DNA of 55,968 nt from Minisyncoccota bacterium (GCA_040880645.1 JBBDHZ010000292.1:1-55968); one strand, 5' to 3'. Counted from the stretch's first letter, positions 8,630 through 18,754 are shown. Program-made: numbers and translations. The notes: a model not told the origin generated them from the sequence alone.

Positions 8630-10324
8630 ATGATCCAGTTCAACGAAGACAAGCAGACAGAAACGCTCGATAAGCTCCACAGTCACGAAGAGGAGCGGTT
8701 CGTGAAGCGACTCGCCGCCCAGAGCGGGCTGGAGTTTATCGATCTGGGCCTGGTGAGCATTCAAGGAGATGCGCTGCGGCTTGTACCCAAGGAGACATCC
8801 CAGGAAGCCGAGCTGATACCGTTTGCCATTCTGAACGACACCCTCAGCGTCGCGATGCGCAAGCCTGACAGCGAGGCAACCCGGAACGTTCTGGCCGATC
8901 TCAAAGAAAAGGGTTACACCGTTCAGCCATTTCTGACCACCACCGACAGCCTCAAAAAGGGCTGGCAAACCTACGACGACCTCTCCGCCTCGTTCAAAAC
9001 ACGGCGCGGAACCGTCGATATCTCAAACGAGAACATCGACACGATCCGTGAGAACGTCAAAACGATCCAGGACGTTGCCAAGCTCGTGACCGACACACTG
9101 AAAAAAGACACAATGTCAAAAACCTCGGAGCTGACCGAGAATATTCTGGGCGGAGCGCTCGCTGTCGGGGCGTCCGATATCCACATCGAACCGGAGGAGG
9201 AAGCGGTCCGCCTTCGCTACCGCCTTGACGGCGTGCTCCAGAAAATCGCCGACATCGACTACGCTACGTACAAAAGTCTGATGTCCCGCCTGAAGCTGGT
9301 TTCGGGGATGAAACTTAACATAGCCAGCGAAGCCCAAGACGGCCGCTTCTCGATCGACGCCGGCGACACCGAGATCCAGATCCGCTCCTCGGTCATCCCG
9401 TCACCGGGCGGCGACTCGATCGTGATGCGTATTCTTGACCCGTCCTCGATCCAGGTAGAGCTCAAAGACCTCGGTATCCCCGACGATCTGCTCGTTATTT
9501 TCCGCCGCGAGATCTCAAAGCCGAACGGTATGCTTCTCAACACCGGACCGACCGGATCCGGAAAAACGACGACGTTGTACTCGTTTTTGCGCGAGGTGAA
9601 CTCGCCCGACGTCAAGATCCTGACGATCGAGAACCCGGTTGAGTATCACCTGGAAGGAGTTGTTCAAACACAGGTTGATCACGATGCCGGCTACGACTTC
9701 CTGGCCGGACTGCGCTCAGCAATGCGCCAGGACCCGGACATCATTATGGTCGGTGAGATCCGCGACGAAGAGACCGCCAACACCGCGATCAACGCCGCCC
9801 TGACCGGCCACCTCGTCTTCTCGACCCTGCACACGAACGACGCCGCCGGTACGTTCCCCCGCCTGATCGACCTCGGAGTGGACGCCAAGGTCATCACCTC
9901 GGCCGTGACCCTCTCGATGGCTCAACGCCTTGTACGAAAACTCTGCGAGAACTGCAAAAAAGAAGCCCCGATCGAGGGAAAAGACCGGGAAACGGTTGAT
10001 GCACTGCTCACCAGCCTGGGCGAGAAGAACGAGAAGTATCTGACCGATCTCCAGACCGAGAAAATGTGGGTGCCGGAAGGATGCGATGAATGCAACGGCC
10101 TCGGATACAAAGGACGGCTCGGTATCTATGAGGCGATCCTGGGCGATAAAGCCATCGAGATGGTTCTTCGCGAAAACCCAAGTATCCGCGAGATCTGGGA
10201 AGCCGCCAAACCACAGGGGATACCGAAGCTCGCCGAAGACGGCGTGGTCAAGGCCCTCCAAGGCATCACCTCACTTGAGGAGCTGCGCCGCGTCGTCGAC
10301 ATCGACAGCCACGATGCCGGGTAA
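8630..10324 (+). CDS. Type IV pilus/T2SS assembly ATPase (PilB/GspE family)
   Basis: ASDIHIEP, GPTGSGKTTT, MRQDPDIIMVGEIRD, STLHTN and a tetracysteine motif. Confidence 0.95.
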   Translation: MIQFNEDKQTETLDKLHSHEEERFVKRLAAQSGLEFIDLGLVSIQGDALRLVPKETSQEAELIPFAILNDTLSVAMRKPDSEATRNVLADLKEKGYTVQPFLTTTDSLKKGWQTYDDLSASFKTRRGTVDISNENIDTIRENVKTIQDVAKLVTDTLKKDTMSKTSELTENILGGALAVGASDIHIEPEEEAVRLRYRLDGVLQKIADIDYATYKSLMSRLKLVSGMKLNIASEAQDGRFSIDAGDTEIQIRSSVIPSPGGDSIVMRILDPSSIQVELKDLGIPDDLLVIFRREISKPNGMLLNTGPTGSGKTTTLYSFLREVNSPDVKILTIENPVEYHLEGVVQTQVDHDAGYDFLAGLRSAMRQDPDIIMVGEIRDEETANTAINAALTGHLVFSTLHTNDAAGTFPRLIDLGVDAKVITSAVTLSMAQRLVRKLCENCKKEAPIEGKDRETVDALLTSLGEKNEKYLTDLQTEKMWVPEGCDECNGLGYKGRLGIYEAILGDKAIEMVLRENPSIREIWEAAKPQGIPKLAEDGVVKALQGITSLEELRRVVDIDSHDAG

Positions 10325-10355
10325 CGGCGCACACAAAAGAAGTTTTGCTATAAAC

Positions 10356-10394
10356 AAAAACACCCTCTGACAAACAGGGTGTTTTGTGTATAAT
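10356..10394 (+). promoter_or_regulatory. Hairpin (possible terminator of the PilB-like gene) overlapping a sigma70-like promoter
   Basis: AAAACACCCT...AGGGTGTTTT inverted repeat; CTGACA-16 bp-TATAAT (10389-10394). Confidence 0.55.
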
Positions 10395-10413
10395 GCACTC
10401 AGTTGTAGCATTA

Positions 10414-10586
10414 CGTTGTCGTCCAGACCATAAACCTCTCAGCAACACCTTTCGCGGAGAAAGTCGGGGATATTACTCAGGAATGCTGCAGTCTCCTCTC
10501 GTACAAGCGAGAGAACCATAGGTATCCTGGCGATATACCTCAAAGCAGTACTTTGTTGCTGAGAGGTTTACGAGCTGGCTACGACG
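10414..10586 (+). ncRNA. Rod-shaped structured RNA, 6S RNA-like
   Basis: Perfect 17-bp stem 10431-10447/10554-10570, closing stem, central bubble, interrupted upper stem and apical CTCTCG/CGAGAG hairpin. G-U pairs favour the + strand. Confidence 0.55.
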
Positions 10587-10696
10587 GATCTGGGGCGCGC
10601 TTCGGCAACGGCGATTCTACCGCTTTTCTGCCGACCCCGTGCAAAGATCAACGATACCAGTATCATAATATACAGAAAAAATATTGTCAATGCTTT

Positions 10697-11695
10697 ATGA
10701 CACTCCCCGGCCCATCCTCCCCCCAACCAAGCGACGAGCACTTCCTCGACCGAACTTTGCGGCCGAGCTCGTGGGACGAGTATATCGGGCAGGCCGGCAT
10801 CAAAAACAACCTCTCGATCCTGCTCACCGCGGCGAATGAACGCAGCCAACCACCCGAACACATCCTTTTTTACGGCCCGCCGGGGCTCGGAAAAACCACC
10901 CTGGCCCATCTGATCGCCAAAGAAACCAACTCGCAGCTTAAGGTAACCTCGGGGCCGGCTATCAGCAAAGTGGGCGACCTCGCCTCCGTCCTGACCAACC
11001 TCTCGGACGGCGATATTTTGTTTATTGACGAGATCCATCGGCTCAATAAATCGATCGAGGAGGTACTGTACCCGGCAATGGAGTCAGGGTCGCTTGACAT
11101 TATCCTCGGCAAGGGACCGAGCGCCCGAACGATTCAGCTGGAACTGCCGCCGTTTACCCTGATCGCCGCCACAACCCGCGTGGCCGGTATCTCGTCTCCC
11201 TTGCGGTCGCGCTTTTCCGGCGGCACCTTCAAGCTTGAGTTCTATACCGAAACCGAGATCGAGGAGATCGTCCGTCGATCGGCGGGCATTCTCGGCATCG
11301 AAGCCACCGATGAAGCTGTTCGGGCGATCGCCAAGCGAAGCCGGTACACCCCGCGCACCGCCAACTACTTCCTCAAACGCGCCCGCGATTTCGCCCAGGT
11401 CCACAAACAGGATCTCAACGACGAAGTGGTCACCGCCGCTCTTGACCTGCTTGCGATCGATGAGTACGGTCTTTCCCGGACCGATCGCGATCTCCTCGAG
11501 ACGATCATTACCAAGTTCAACGGCGGGCCGGTCGGGCTCAACACCCTGGCCGCCGCCCTGGCCGAGGAGGAAAGTACCCTGGAGGAATTCAACGAACCGT
11601 ACCTGATCCAGATCGGCCTGATGGAACGCACCCCGCGCGGTCGCGTGGTGACCGCGGAGGCATACACACGGCTCGGACACGAGGCGCCGCGTTAG
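10697..11695 (+). CDS. ruvB: Holliday junction branch migration helicase RuvB
   Basis: LRP..WDEYIGQ, GPPGLGKTTLA, FIDEIHRL, EPYL and RTPRGR. Confidence 0.97.
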   Translation: MTLPGPSSPQPSDEHFLDRTLRPSSWDEYIGQAGIKNNLSILLTAANERSQPPEHILFYGPPGLGKTTLAHLIAKETNSQLKVTSGPAISKVGDLASVLTNLSDGDILFIDEIHRLNKSIEEVLYPAMESGSLDIILGKGPSARTIQLELPPFTLIAATTRVAGISSPLRSRFSGGTFKLEFYTETEIEEIVRRSAGILGIEATDEAVRAIAKRSRYTPRTANYFLKRARDFAQVHKQDLNDEVVTAALDLLAIDEYGLSRTDRDLLETIITKFNGGPVGLNTLAAALAEEESTLEEFNEPYLIQIGLMERTPRGRVVTAEAYTRLGHEAPR

Positions 11696-11764
11696 TAAGC
11701 GCTCTAGACAGCGCTTCCGCACGCCGTTGCCGCGATATACGCGATACGCTATACTCTCTACACT

Positions 11765-12295
11765 ATGAGCGGACACAACAAATGGAGCAAGATCAAGCAC
11801 AAAAAGGCCGCCTCGGACTCAAAAAAGAGTCAGGTATTCGGGAAATTAGCTAAACTGATCGCCACCGAATCAAAGAACGCCGCCGGCAATGTCGAGTCGC
11901 CGTCGCTCAAAGCGGCAATCGAGAAGGCCAAGAAAGAGAATATGCCCAACGACAACATCGAACGGGCGATCAAAAAAGGCCAGAGCGGCGACGCGACCGC
12001 ACTCGAGCCGGTGGTGTTCGAAACGTACGGCCCGGCCGGCGTGGCGATCGTCATAACCGGACTGACCGACAACAACAACCGCACCTCAAGTGAGATCAAG
12101 CACCTCCTCACCAAAAACGGCCTCGAGCTCGCCACGCCCGGCGCGGCGGCGTGGGCATTTGAAAAACAAGGCACCGAGTGGGTCGCGCAGACAACGATGG
12201 AGCTCTCAGAAGAGGACAAAGAAAAACTCCGGAACATTGTGACTGAGATCGAGGAACACGAGGACGTACAGGATGTCTACACCAACGCCGCGTAG
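11765..12295 (+). CDS. yebC: YebC/PmpR-family protein (short form)
   Basis: MSGHNKWSKIKHKK, NMP.DNIERAIKK, TDNNNRT and EDVQDVYTN. Confidence 0.93.
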   Translation: MSGHNKWSKIKHKKAASDSKKSQVFGKLAKLIATESKNAAGNVESPSLKAAIEKAKKENMPNDNIERAIKKGQSGDATALEPVVFETYGPAGVAIVITGLTDNNNRTSSEIKHLLTKNGLELATPGAAAWAFEKQGTEWVAQTTMELSEEDKEKLRNIVTEIEEHEDVQDVYTNAA

Positions 12296-12300
12296 TTACT

Positions 12301-12792
12301 ATGAAACCTTCCGATGCGCGCATTCTCGCCGTTGACCCGGGCTACGAGCGGCTCGGGGTCGCGGTGCTCGACGGACCGACCGGAAACGAGACCCTCGTGT
12401 ACTCCGCCTGTTTTCAAACAAAACCCTCTACCCCGCACCCCGAACGCCTCGCGCAGGTGTACCAAGAGATCATACGCGTGATCACTGCGTACAGCCCGCA
12501 CACCTTTGCCACCGAAACGCTCTTTTTTAGCGTAAACCAAAAGACCGCCCTGAAGGTCGCCGAGGCGCGCGGCGCCCTTCTCTCCGCCGCGGCGTGTGCC
12601 GGGTTACCGGTCGTGGAATTCTCACCCCAGGCCATTAAAATTGCCGTGACCGGCGAGGGTAACAGCGACAAGAAGCAGGTGACCGCGATGACGAAACGGT
12701 TGATACGCGTCACGAAGCCGGTTCAGCACGACGACGAATACGACGCGATCGCTATCGGCCTCACCGCGCTGGCATCTCCATCTCGGAGGTAG
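12301..12792 (+). CDS. ruvC: Holliday junction resolvase RuvC
   Basis: ILAVDPG, ETLFF, ARG, G.G.SDKKQV and DDEYDAIAI. Confidence 0.95.
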   Translation: MKPSDARILAVDPGYERLGVAVLDGPTGNETLVYSACFQTKPSTPHPERLAQVYQEIIRVITAYSPHTFATETLFFSVNQKTALKVAEARGALLSAAACAGLPVVEFSPQAIKIAVTGEGNSDKKQVTAMTKRLIRVTKPVQHDDEYDAIAIGLTALASPSRR

Positions 12793-12820
12793 ATCACAGC
12801 GTTGCCTCCGAGATTACCCT

Positions 12821-12841
12821 TGTGCACCTCCGAGGTGCACA
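12821..12841 (-). repeat. Solo REP-like palindrome, same family as the transposase flanks
   Basis: TGTGCACCTCCGAGGTGCACA is the reverse complement of the 21-mers at 38844 and 39614. Confidence 0.85.
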
Positions 12842-12858
12842 GCTAGTGAGACAAAAGA

Positions 12859-12888
12859 AAACCCTCGACGAGATCCCGTCGAGGGTTT
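12859..12888 (-). terminator. Intrinsic terminator for the NUDIX gene (possibly bidirectional)
   Basis: AAACCCTCGACG-AGATCC-CGTCGAGGGTTT with a T-rich tail on the minus strand. Confidence 0.75.
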
Positions 12889-12974
12889 GTGTGTTTGTTT
12901 GTGTGTGTTTGTGCGTGTGATCACGTGGCGAGTGCAGTCGCTACCAGCGCGCCACGCAGCGACATTAGCGCAGC

Positions 12975-13481
12975 TCAGATGAGATCGAAGACCGCGTGAG
13001 CGACGTCCAACCTGGCTTCCGAAAGATGAGCGAGAGCGACCTCGAGCGCGGACCGATGGTTTTCGAAGATCTGTTGCTCAGGATCTCCTCTGAGAAGGTC
13101 CCGTGCTGTTGCCCACTCCGGCGGGAAAAGCACCTTGTCTTTCTGTGGGTCACCGTACGGCGTGGTCCTTATTGTTCCCACGAGCTCGTCAAGGTCGACA
13201 AGAAAGAAGTACCTTGTGTGGGCACCGCCGGGGGTCCGGAATCGCGCCGCCTCCAGCTCCGTCATCTCACCCGATAGAGGCCCGGGAGAAAGCCCGGTTT
13301 CCTCTCGAAGCTCCCTCCAGGCCGTCTGAATCGGGAGTTCTTCAGGCTCGTTTTTCCCACCGGGGATTTTGATCTGCATTGTCCCCTTAAACCGGGTCGG
13401 CACGATCAAGATCGTGACCACGCCTCTGTGAATCCGCCAAACCACGACGCCGGAAAAATGTTCCGTGTAGTACTCCGTCAC
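12975..13481 (-). CDS. NUDIX hydrolase
   Basis: Nudix box GGKNEPEELPIQTAWRELREETGL; AAGGAGGT RBS before GTG. Confidence 0.88.
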   Translation of the reverse strand: MTEYYTEHFSGVVVWRIHRGVVTILIVPTRFKGTMQIKIPGGKNEPEELPIQTAWRELREETGLSPGPLSGEMTELEAARFRTPGGAHTRYFFLVDLDELVGTIRTTPYGDPQKDKVLFPPEWATARDLLRGDPEQQIFENHRSALEVALAHLSEARLDVAHAVFDLI

Positions 13482-13609
13482 GCTCCACCTCCTTTTGTTT
13501 TGTTCTCTTTTATCTGTTCATCAAAAACCGAGAAGCGCGTCGGAAAACGCGCAATCCCATACGTATACAACTAACATAATTTATACCACAACGAATTTAC
13601 CCCGTCAAT

Positions 13610-14830
13610 TTATTGAAGCTCAAGCCGCACAAAGATCTTCTTGCCGATCTTCAGGACCGCGCCCTCACTCACCGTGACCGCGGGGTCCTCTATCTTCTCG
13701 CCGGTGTCCGTGTTTTTGACCGCGCCGCTTTCCACCAGTCGCCGGAAGGCGGATTTTGATTCCACAAGACCGTGCTCAAGCAAGGCATCGGCAAGCGGTG
13801 TCTCCGGTTCCACGACAATAGTCGGTATCTCGATCGGCACCCCGCCCTGCTGGAACGCCCCCACGAATGACGCTTCCGCCTGATCGGCTTGTTCCTCGCC
13901 GTGATACATCCGAACGATTTCGCGCGCCAAACGCATCTTGATATCTCGCGGGTTCACGTCACCTGACTCCAACTGCGCTCGAATATCGTTCACCTCTTCC
14001 ATCGGCACAAGCGTACAATCGATGAACATCTGGGTCATCACTTGATCAGGGAGCGCCATTACTTTGCCGAACATATCGTGGGGGATGTCGTTGAGAGCGA
14101 TATATCCACCCTCGCTTTTACTCATTAGTTTCTTCCCGCTTTCGGGATGAGCTAACAACGTGGTACTGATCACGAATTTTTCCTTCTCGTTATACGCTTT
14201 TTGCAGCGTACGGCCGGCAAGCATATTAAAGGTCTGGTCGGTCCCGCCGACCTCGCCGTCTACGTCCATCGCCACGCTGTCGTACCCCTGCATCAGCGGG
14301 TACAGGAACTCGTGCAGATAGACCGGCTTGCCGCCCTTGATACGCTTCTCGAACATATCCCGCTCGAGCATATGCTGAACCGTAAAGTGCGAGGCAATGT
14401 CCACCACGTCGCCAAAGCCGAGCGGAGCGAGCCACTCGCTGTTCTGCTTGATCACGGCCGGATTCTCGGGATCAGTCAGTGAGAGGATCGGCGCGACCTG
14501 CTCTTTCCAGCCGGCGATATTCTCCTCAACCTCTTCTTTGGTGAGACGCTGACGAGCCGCCCCTTTATCGGTCGGGTCACCAATCCTCGCCGTAAAATCG
14601 CCGAACAGAATGATTACTTCGTGACCGAGCTGACGCAGCTTTTCAAGAAGAAGGAAGTTCGTAGAGTGACCGAGGTGAAGCTCGGGACCGGTCGCGTCAG
14701 CACCGACATACAAACGAATCCGCTTGCCGGACGCAAGGCGCTGGGCGAGGGCTTCTTTTGACGGCAAAACTTCCGCGACGCTGCGGGAAAGGATCTCGTC
14801 AATCTGCTCTTTATTCGTGATTACAGGCAT
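13610..14830 (-). CDS. tyrS: Tyrosine--tRNA ligase
   Basis: GADAT..LHLGH, YPLMQGYD, GGTDQ.FN, LMSKS and a C-terminal S4 domain. Confidence 0.97.
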   Translation of the reverse strand: MPVITNKEQIDEILSRSVAEVLPSKEALAQRLASGKRIRLYVGADATGPELHLGHSTNFLLLEKLRQLGHEVIILFGDFTARIGDPTDKGAARQRLTKEEVEENIAGWKEQVAPILSLTDPENPAVIKQNSEWLAPLGFGDVVDIASHFTVQHMLERDMFEKRIKGGKPVYLHEFLYPLMQGYDSVAMDVDGEVGGTDQTFNMLAGRTLQKAYNEKEKFVISTTLLAHPESGKKLMSKSEGGYIALNDIPHDMFGKVMALPDQVMTQMFIDCTLVPMEEVNDIRAQLESGDVNPRDIKMRLAREIVRMYHGEEQADQAEASFVGAFQQGGVPIEIPTIVVEPETPLADALLEHGLVESKSAFRRLVESGAVKNTDTGEKIEDPAVTVSEGAVLKIGKKIFVRLELQ

Positions 14831-14886
14831 GCTAGACTTTCTTCTCTTTTGGATTAAGGATACCATACCGTATAATAAACCCCAGT

Positions 14887-17076
14887 ATGGCACACGCAAA
14901 ACCTAAAACGAAACCCGGGGCAAGGAAGCGCCGCTTTCTCAGCTGGACCGTGGTCAAAAACACGCTCATCCTTCTTTTCGCGATCGGTATCTTTATGAGC
15001 GGTATTATCGCGATCTGGGTCTCCACACTGGAAATCCCGACTGTTGACTCCTTCCGAGAACGGCGGGTAGCCCAGTCCACCAAGATCTATGATAAAACCG
15101 GCGAGGTGCTTCTCTACGATGTCTACCGCGATTTCCAACGAACCGTGGTGCCGTTCGATGAGATCGACGCGGACATCAAAGAAGCAACCCTGGCGATCGA
15201 AGACCCGGAATTTTACCGCCACTACGGCATCAAACCGAGCGCGATCGTGCGCGCCTCGTTCGTTAACCTGGTCAACCTCCGTTTTGAACAGGGCGGATCG
15301 ACCATTACCCAGCAGGTGGTGAAAAACTCGCTCCTTACACCGGAAAAAACGATCACGCGCAAAATAAAGGAGTGGCTGCTGGCCCTCAAAATAGAACGGG
15401 TGAACACCAAAGACGAGATCCTTAATATCTATCTGAATGAATCACCGTACGGCGGAAGCCTCTACGGCGTTGAGGAAGCAAGCCAGGCGTACTTCAACAC
15501 GTCTTCAGATGATATCTCGATCGCTCAAGCGGCGTACCTGGCCGCCCTGCCGCAGGCACCGACCTTTTACCTCAACAACCCCGCCGCGCTTGAGAACCGA
15601 AAGAATCAGGTTCTGGTGGAGATGCGGCGGCACGGATATATCACCGCCGAGGAGTATCGCCTGGCTCGCGATGAATCCTACACGCTTTCCCCGACGGACA
15701 CCGCGCACATTAAGGCTCCGCATTTTGTGATGTACGTGATCAGCCAGCTGATCGAGGAGTACGGGGAGCAGACCGTGCGCCAGGGAGGCTTGCGCGTGAC
15801 CACATCGCTCAACTACGAGCTTCAGGAACCGGCTGAGGAGATCCTGTTCGAGCGCGCCCGTTCCAACGCGTCGCGCTTCAACGCCGAGAATGCCTCACTG
15901 GTGGCGATCGATCCCACGACCGGCGGTATCGAGGTAATGGTGGGCTCCCGCAACTACTTCTCGGAGAGTATTCAGGGGCAATTTAACGTCTCGACCGCCT
16001 CGAATCGCCAACCCGGTTCAACCTTTAAGCCTTTCGCCTACGCGGCCGCGCTCAGCAAGGGCTACACACCGGAAACCGTGGTTTTTGACCTCAAAACTCA
16101 GTTTTCAACCGCCTGCGCCCCTTCCAATCTCTCGAACGGCGGCGACTGCTACTCCCCCCAAAACTACGACGAACGCTTCCGCGGTCCGGTTTCGTTTCGT
16201 GAGGCACTGGCCCAGTCGATCAACATTCCCGCCATCAAGGTGCTGTATCTGGCCGGAATGGATACCACGATCGAGCTCGCCCGAGCTATGGGTGTCGAGA
16301 ACCTCGGAAATATCCGCCAGTACGGCCTGACGCTTGTGCTTGGTGGCGGTGAGGTATCGCTCCTTGATATGACAAGCGCGTACGGCGTCTTTGCCAACGA
16401 AGGAGTTCGCAACACACCCACTGCTCTGCTGAAAGTGGAGGACAGCAACGGCGAGATCTTGTTTGAACATAAAAAACGCCTTGATCGCGTGCTTGCCCAA
16501 GGGATCGCTCTGCAGATATCTGATATGCTCTCCGACAACGACGCACGAGCGCCGGCGTTCGGCCAGAACTCCCTGCTTCATTTTGCCGGCCGGGACGTAG
16601 CAGTAAAGACCGGTACAACAAACGACTACAAGGACGCCTGGATCATCGGTTATACGCCCGACCTTGCTGTTGGAACCTGGGCGGGTAACAACGACGGCTC
16701 ATCAATGGTTAAAGAGATCGCCGGCTTTATCGTCGCACCGATGTGGCGGGAGTTTATGGACGTCGCGCTCGCGGATCTCCCGGTGAAATCGTTCCCGAAC
16801 CCGCCCGAGGAAAACCGCGATGACCTTACACCGATCCTAGCCGGTACCTGGAACCACGGAGGCAGCGTCCACTCGATCCTTCACTGGGTGGATCGCAACA
16901 ACCCTCGCGGACCGGTTCCCCGAAATCCGCACCGAGACGGCCAGTACGCCCAGTGGGAATACCCGGTCCGCCTGTGGGCTGAGGAACAGGGGCACGACGA
17001 CACCACGGCCACCAGCACGAACGCGACCTCAAGTGACGACAGCGACGCAAACGATGATACCGGGGACGACGAGTGA
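14887..17076 (+). CDS. Class A penicillin-binding protein (transglycosylase/transpeptidase)
   Basis: TM anchor, IED..FY.H.G, GGSTITQQVVKN, RKIKE, STFK, SIN and KTGT. Confidence 0.95.
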   Translation: MAHAKPKTKPGARKRRFLSWTVVKNTLILLFAIGIFMSGIIAIWVSTLEIPTVDSFRERRVAQSTKIYDKTGEVLLYDVYRDFQRTVVPFDEIDADIKEATLAIEDPEFYRHYGIKPSAIVRASFVNLVNLRFEQGGSTITQQVVKNSLLTPEKTITRKIKEWLLALKIERVNTKDEILNIYLNESPYGGSLYGVEEASQAYFNTSSDDISIAQAAYLAALPQAPTFYLNNPAALENRKNQVLVEMRRHGYITAEEYRLARDESYTLSPTDTAHIKAPHFVMYVISQLIEEYGEQTVRQGGLRVTTSLNYELQEPAEEILFERARSNASRFNAENASLVAIDPTTGGIEVMVGSRNYFSESIQGQFNVSTASNRQPGSTFKPFAYAAALSKGYTPETVVFDLKTQFSTACAPSNLSNGGDCYSPQNYDERFRGPVSFREALAQSINIPAIKVLYLAGMDTTIELARAMGVENLGNIRQYGLTLVLGGGEVSLLDMTSAYGVFANEGVRNTPTALLKVEDSNGEILFEHKKRLDRVLAQGIALQISDMLSDNDARAPAFGQNSLLHFAGRDVAVKTGTTNDYKDAWIIGYTPDLAVGTWAGNNDGSSMVKEIAGFIVAPMWREFMDVALADLPVKSFPNPPEENRDDLTPILAGTWNHGGSVHSILHWVDRNNPRGPVPRNPHRDGQYAQWEYPVRLWAEEQGHDDTTATSTNATSSDDSDANDDTGDDE

Positions 17077-17178
17077 TCGTTGCGGGATACACGTATTCCC
17101 CCGGCCCGCGGCGGCGGGGGGGGGGTTTGTTGTTCGATCGCGTGCTGTGCGCGTTCACTCTGACCTGCTCTCCTCGCG

Positions 17179-17433
17179 TTACCGGATATCACGCACAACC
17201 AGTGATGTCTTAGCCTGAATCGCCGCCACGACCTCACGCCGACGCAGCATAATTTCGTTTTTCACTGCCGGATGGGCCGTGATAAATACCTGTTTCCCGC
17301 GGTATACCACCTCGCTTGGTGAAAGCACGGTCCCGATCTTGGCCTCGATCACCGCAACCGTGGCGTCTTTCACCTCGCCTTCTGTAGAAGAGAGCGCGCG
17401 GAATTTCTTGAGATACTCTTGGATGTTGAACAT
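17179..17433 (-). CDS. Small protein, probable DciA (DUF721)-like helicase loader
   Basis: Follows dnaA-dnaN; VFITAHPAVKNEIMLRRREVVAAI...VRDIR resembles the DUF721 pattern. Confidence 0.55.
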   Translation of the reverse strand: MFNIQEYLKKFRALSSTEGEVKDATVAVIEAKIGTVLSPSEVVYRGKQVFITAHPAVKNEIMLRRREVVAAIQAKTSLVVRDIR

Positions 17434-17542
17434 AGCGAGGTCGCGAGCACAAGACGAGTCGGACGGCGGCCGGAAGAAGCACGCGTTACTTTCGGGATGG
17501 AACGGATGCCCGTGTAGCCGGTCGGTCGCTCCCTATTTTTAG

Positions 17543-18646
17543 CTATCGATTCATCGGCATCACCAAATACAGAAACGATGTATCGGATACCCCGCTCATC
17601 ACCATCGGCTTGCCGGTTCCGCTGAGCTTCAGGACCACACTATCGGCAGCGATCGACTGGAAACTGTCTCGGATGTACTTATGGTTAAAGTTGATCGCCA
17701 CCGCCTCGCCGGAAAGCGCCCCGTCAAGTGTGTAGGTATTCTCCCCGACATCGCTGTTCTTGGTCTGTATCGTAAACTCCTTCTTGCCCGGATCGATCGC
17801 CACCGCGACCAAATTAAACTTATCGGTGAAGATCGTTGCCACCTTGAGCGCGGTGACCAGGTCATTCTTCAGGACCGTCGCCTCAGCCGCGAACTCGGAC
17901 GGAATGATCTGCTTGTAGTCAGGAAAGACACCGTCCACGGTCCGCGAGGTCACGTACAGCCCGTCGCCGACAAAAGCGATCTGTCCGTCGCCGATCAGCA
18001 CCTTGATATCGCCGTCGTACTCTTCGAGCATCCGGGTGATCTCGTTGGTGTTCTTCACCGGTATCAGGACGTACTCAAACGCCGGCAGCCCCGTAACCGC
18101 CACGCGCTTTTCAGCCAGACGAAACGAGTCGGTCGCGGTGAACACAAGTGAACGCTGGTCGTCGGCGGGCGCGATGTAGACACTCGAGAGCTCCGGCTTC
18201 ATACTTGACGTCGCCGCGCTGTACGAAACCGCGTTCAGCCCTTTGGCGAACGTAGCAGACGGCACCTGAAACGACGTACCGTCCTCGATCCGCGGGATAG
18301 TCGGAAAATCTTCGTGGTTGTATGTGTTGATCTTAGTCGACGTGCCGGCCGTACGCACCACCAACTGCTCCCCTTCCAGCTCAAGGGTCACGGACCCGTC
18401 TGAGACGTTCGCGAGAAACGAAGCAAGCACCGATCCGGGAACCGCTACCACACCGGGCGTACTTACTTTAACCGGCACGCTGAGCTCAACACCGAGGTCG
18501 AGATTGGTGGCGCGTATACTCAGCTGGCTGTCGGCGGCTTCAAGGAGTACGCACTGCAGTACCGGCAGGGTAACGTTTTTGCTCGTGACCCGTGTAGCCT
18601 TCCCGATCGCGCGCTCAAGTTTGTCTTTGACACATTCGACTTTCAT
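17543..18646 (-). CDS. dnaN: DNA polymerase III beta clamp
   Basis: ATNLD, ATDSFRLAE, G.FPDYKQIIP and YLVMPM; downstream of dnaA. Confidence 0.97.
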   Translation of the reverse strand: MKVECVKDKLERAIGKATRVTSKNVTLPVLQCVLLEAADSQLSIRATNLDLGVELSVPVKVSTPGVVAVPGSVLASFLANVSDGSVTLELEGEQLVVRTAGTSTKINTYNHEDFPTIPRIEDGTSFQVPSATFAKGLNAVSYSAATSSMKPELSSVYIAPADDQRSLVFTATDSFRLAEKRVAVTGLPAFEYVLIPVKNTNEITRMLEEYDGDIKVLIGDGQIAFVGDGLYVTSRTVDGVFPDYKQIIPSEFAAEATVLKNDLVTALKVATIFTDKFNLVAVAIDPGKKEFTIQTKNSDVGENTYTLDGALSGEAVAINFNHKYIRDSFQSIAADSVVLKLSGTGKPMVMSGVSDTSFLYLVMPMNR

Positions 18647-18754
18647 ACAATACATAGGTTAGTTTACTTGCCTTCCTTCCTCATCAGAAATGAACAAACG
18701 CACCTCTCCGCACCGGTGTTGCTGTTCTCGACGCAGCGCGTCCACGCGAACAAC

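Noticed and set aside
10553-10696. N-terminal extension of RuvB from TTG 10553
   Set aside because: It overlaps the structured RNA. RuvB similarity begins shortly after ATG 10697.
12887-12920. TG-rich low-complexity tract
   Set aside because: Short and irregular, with no consistent unit or evidence of function.
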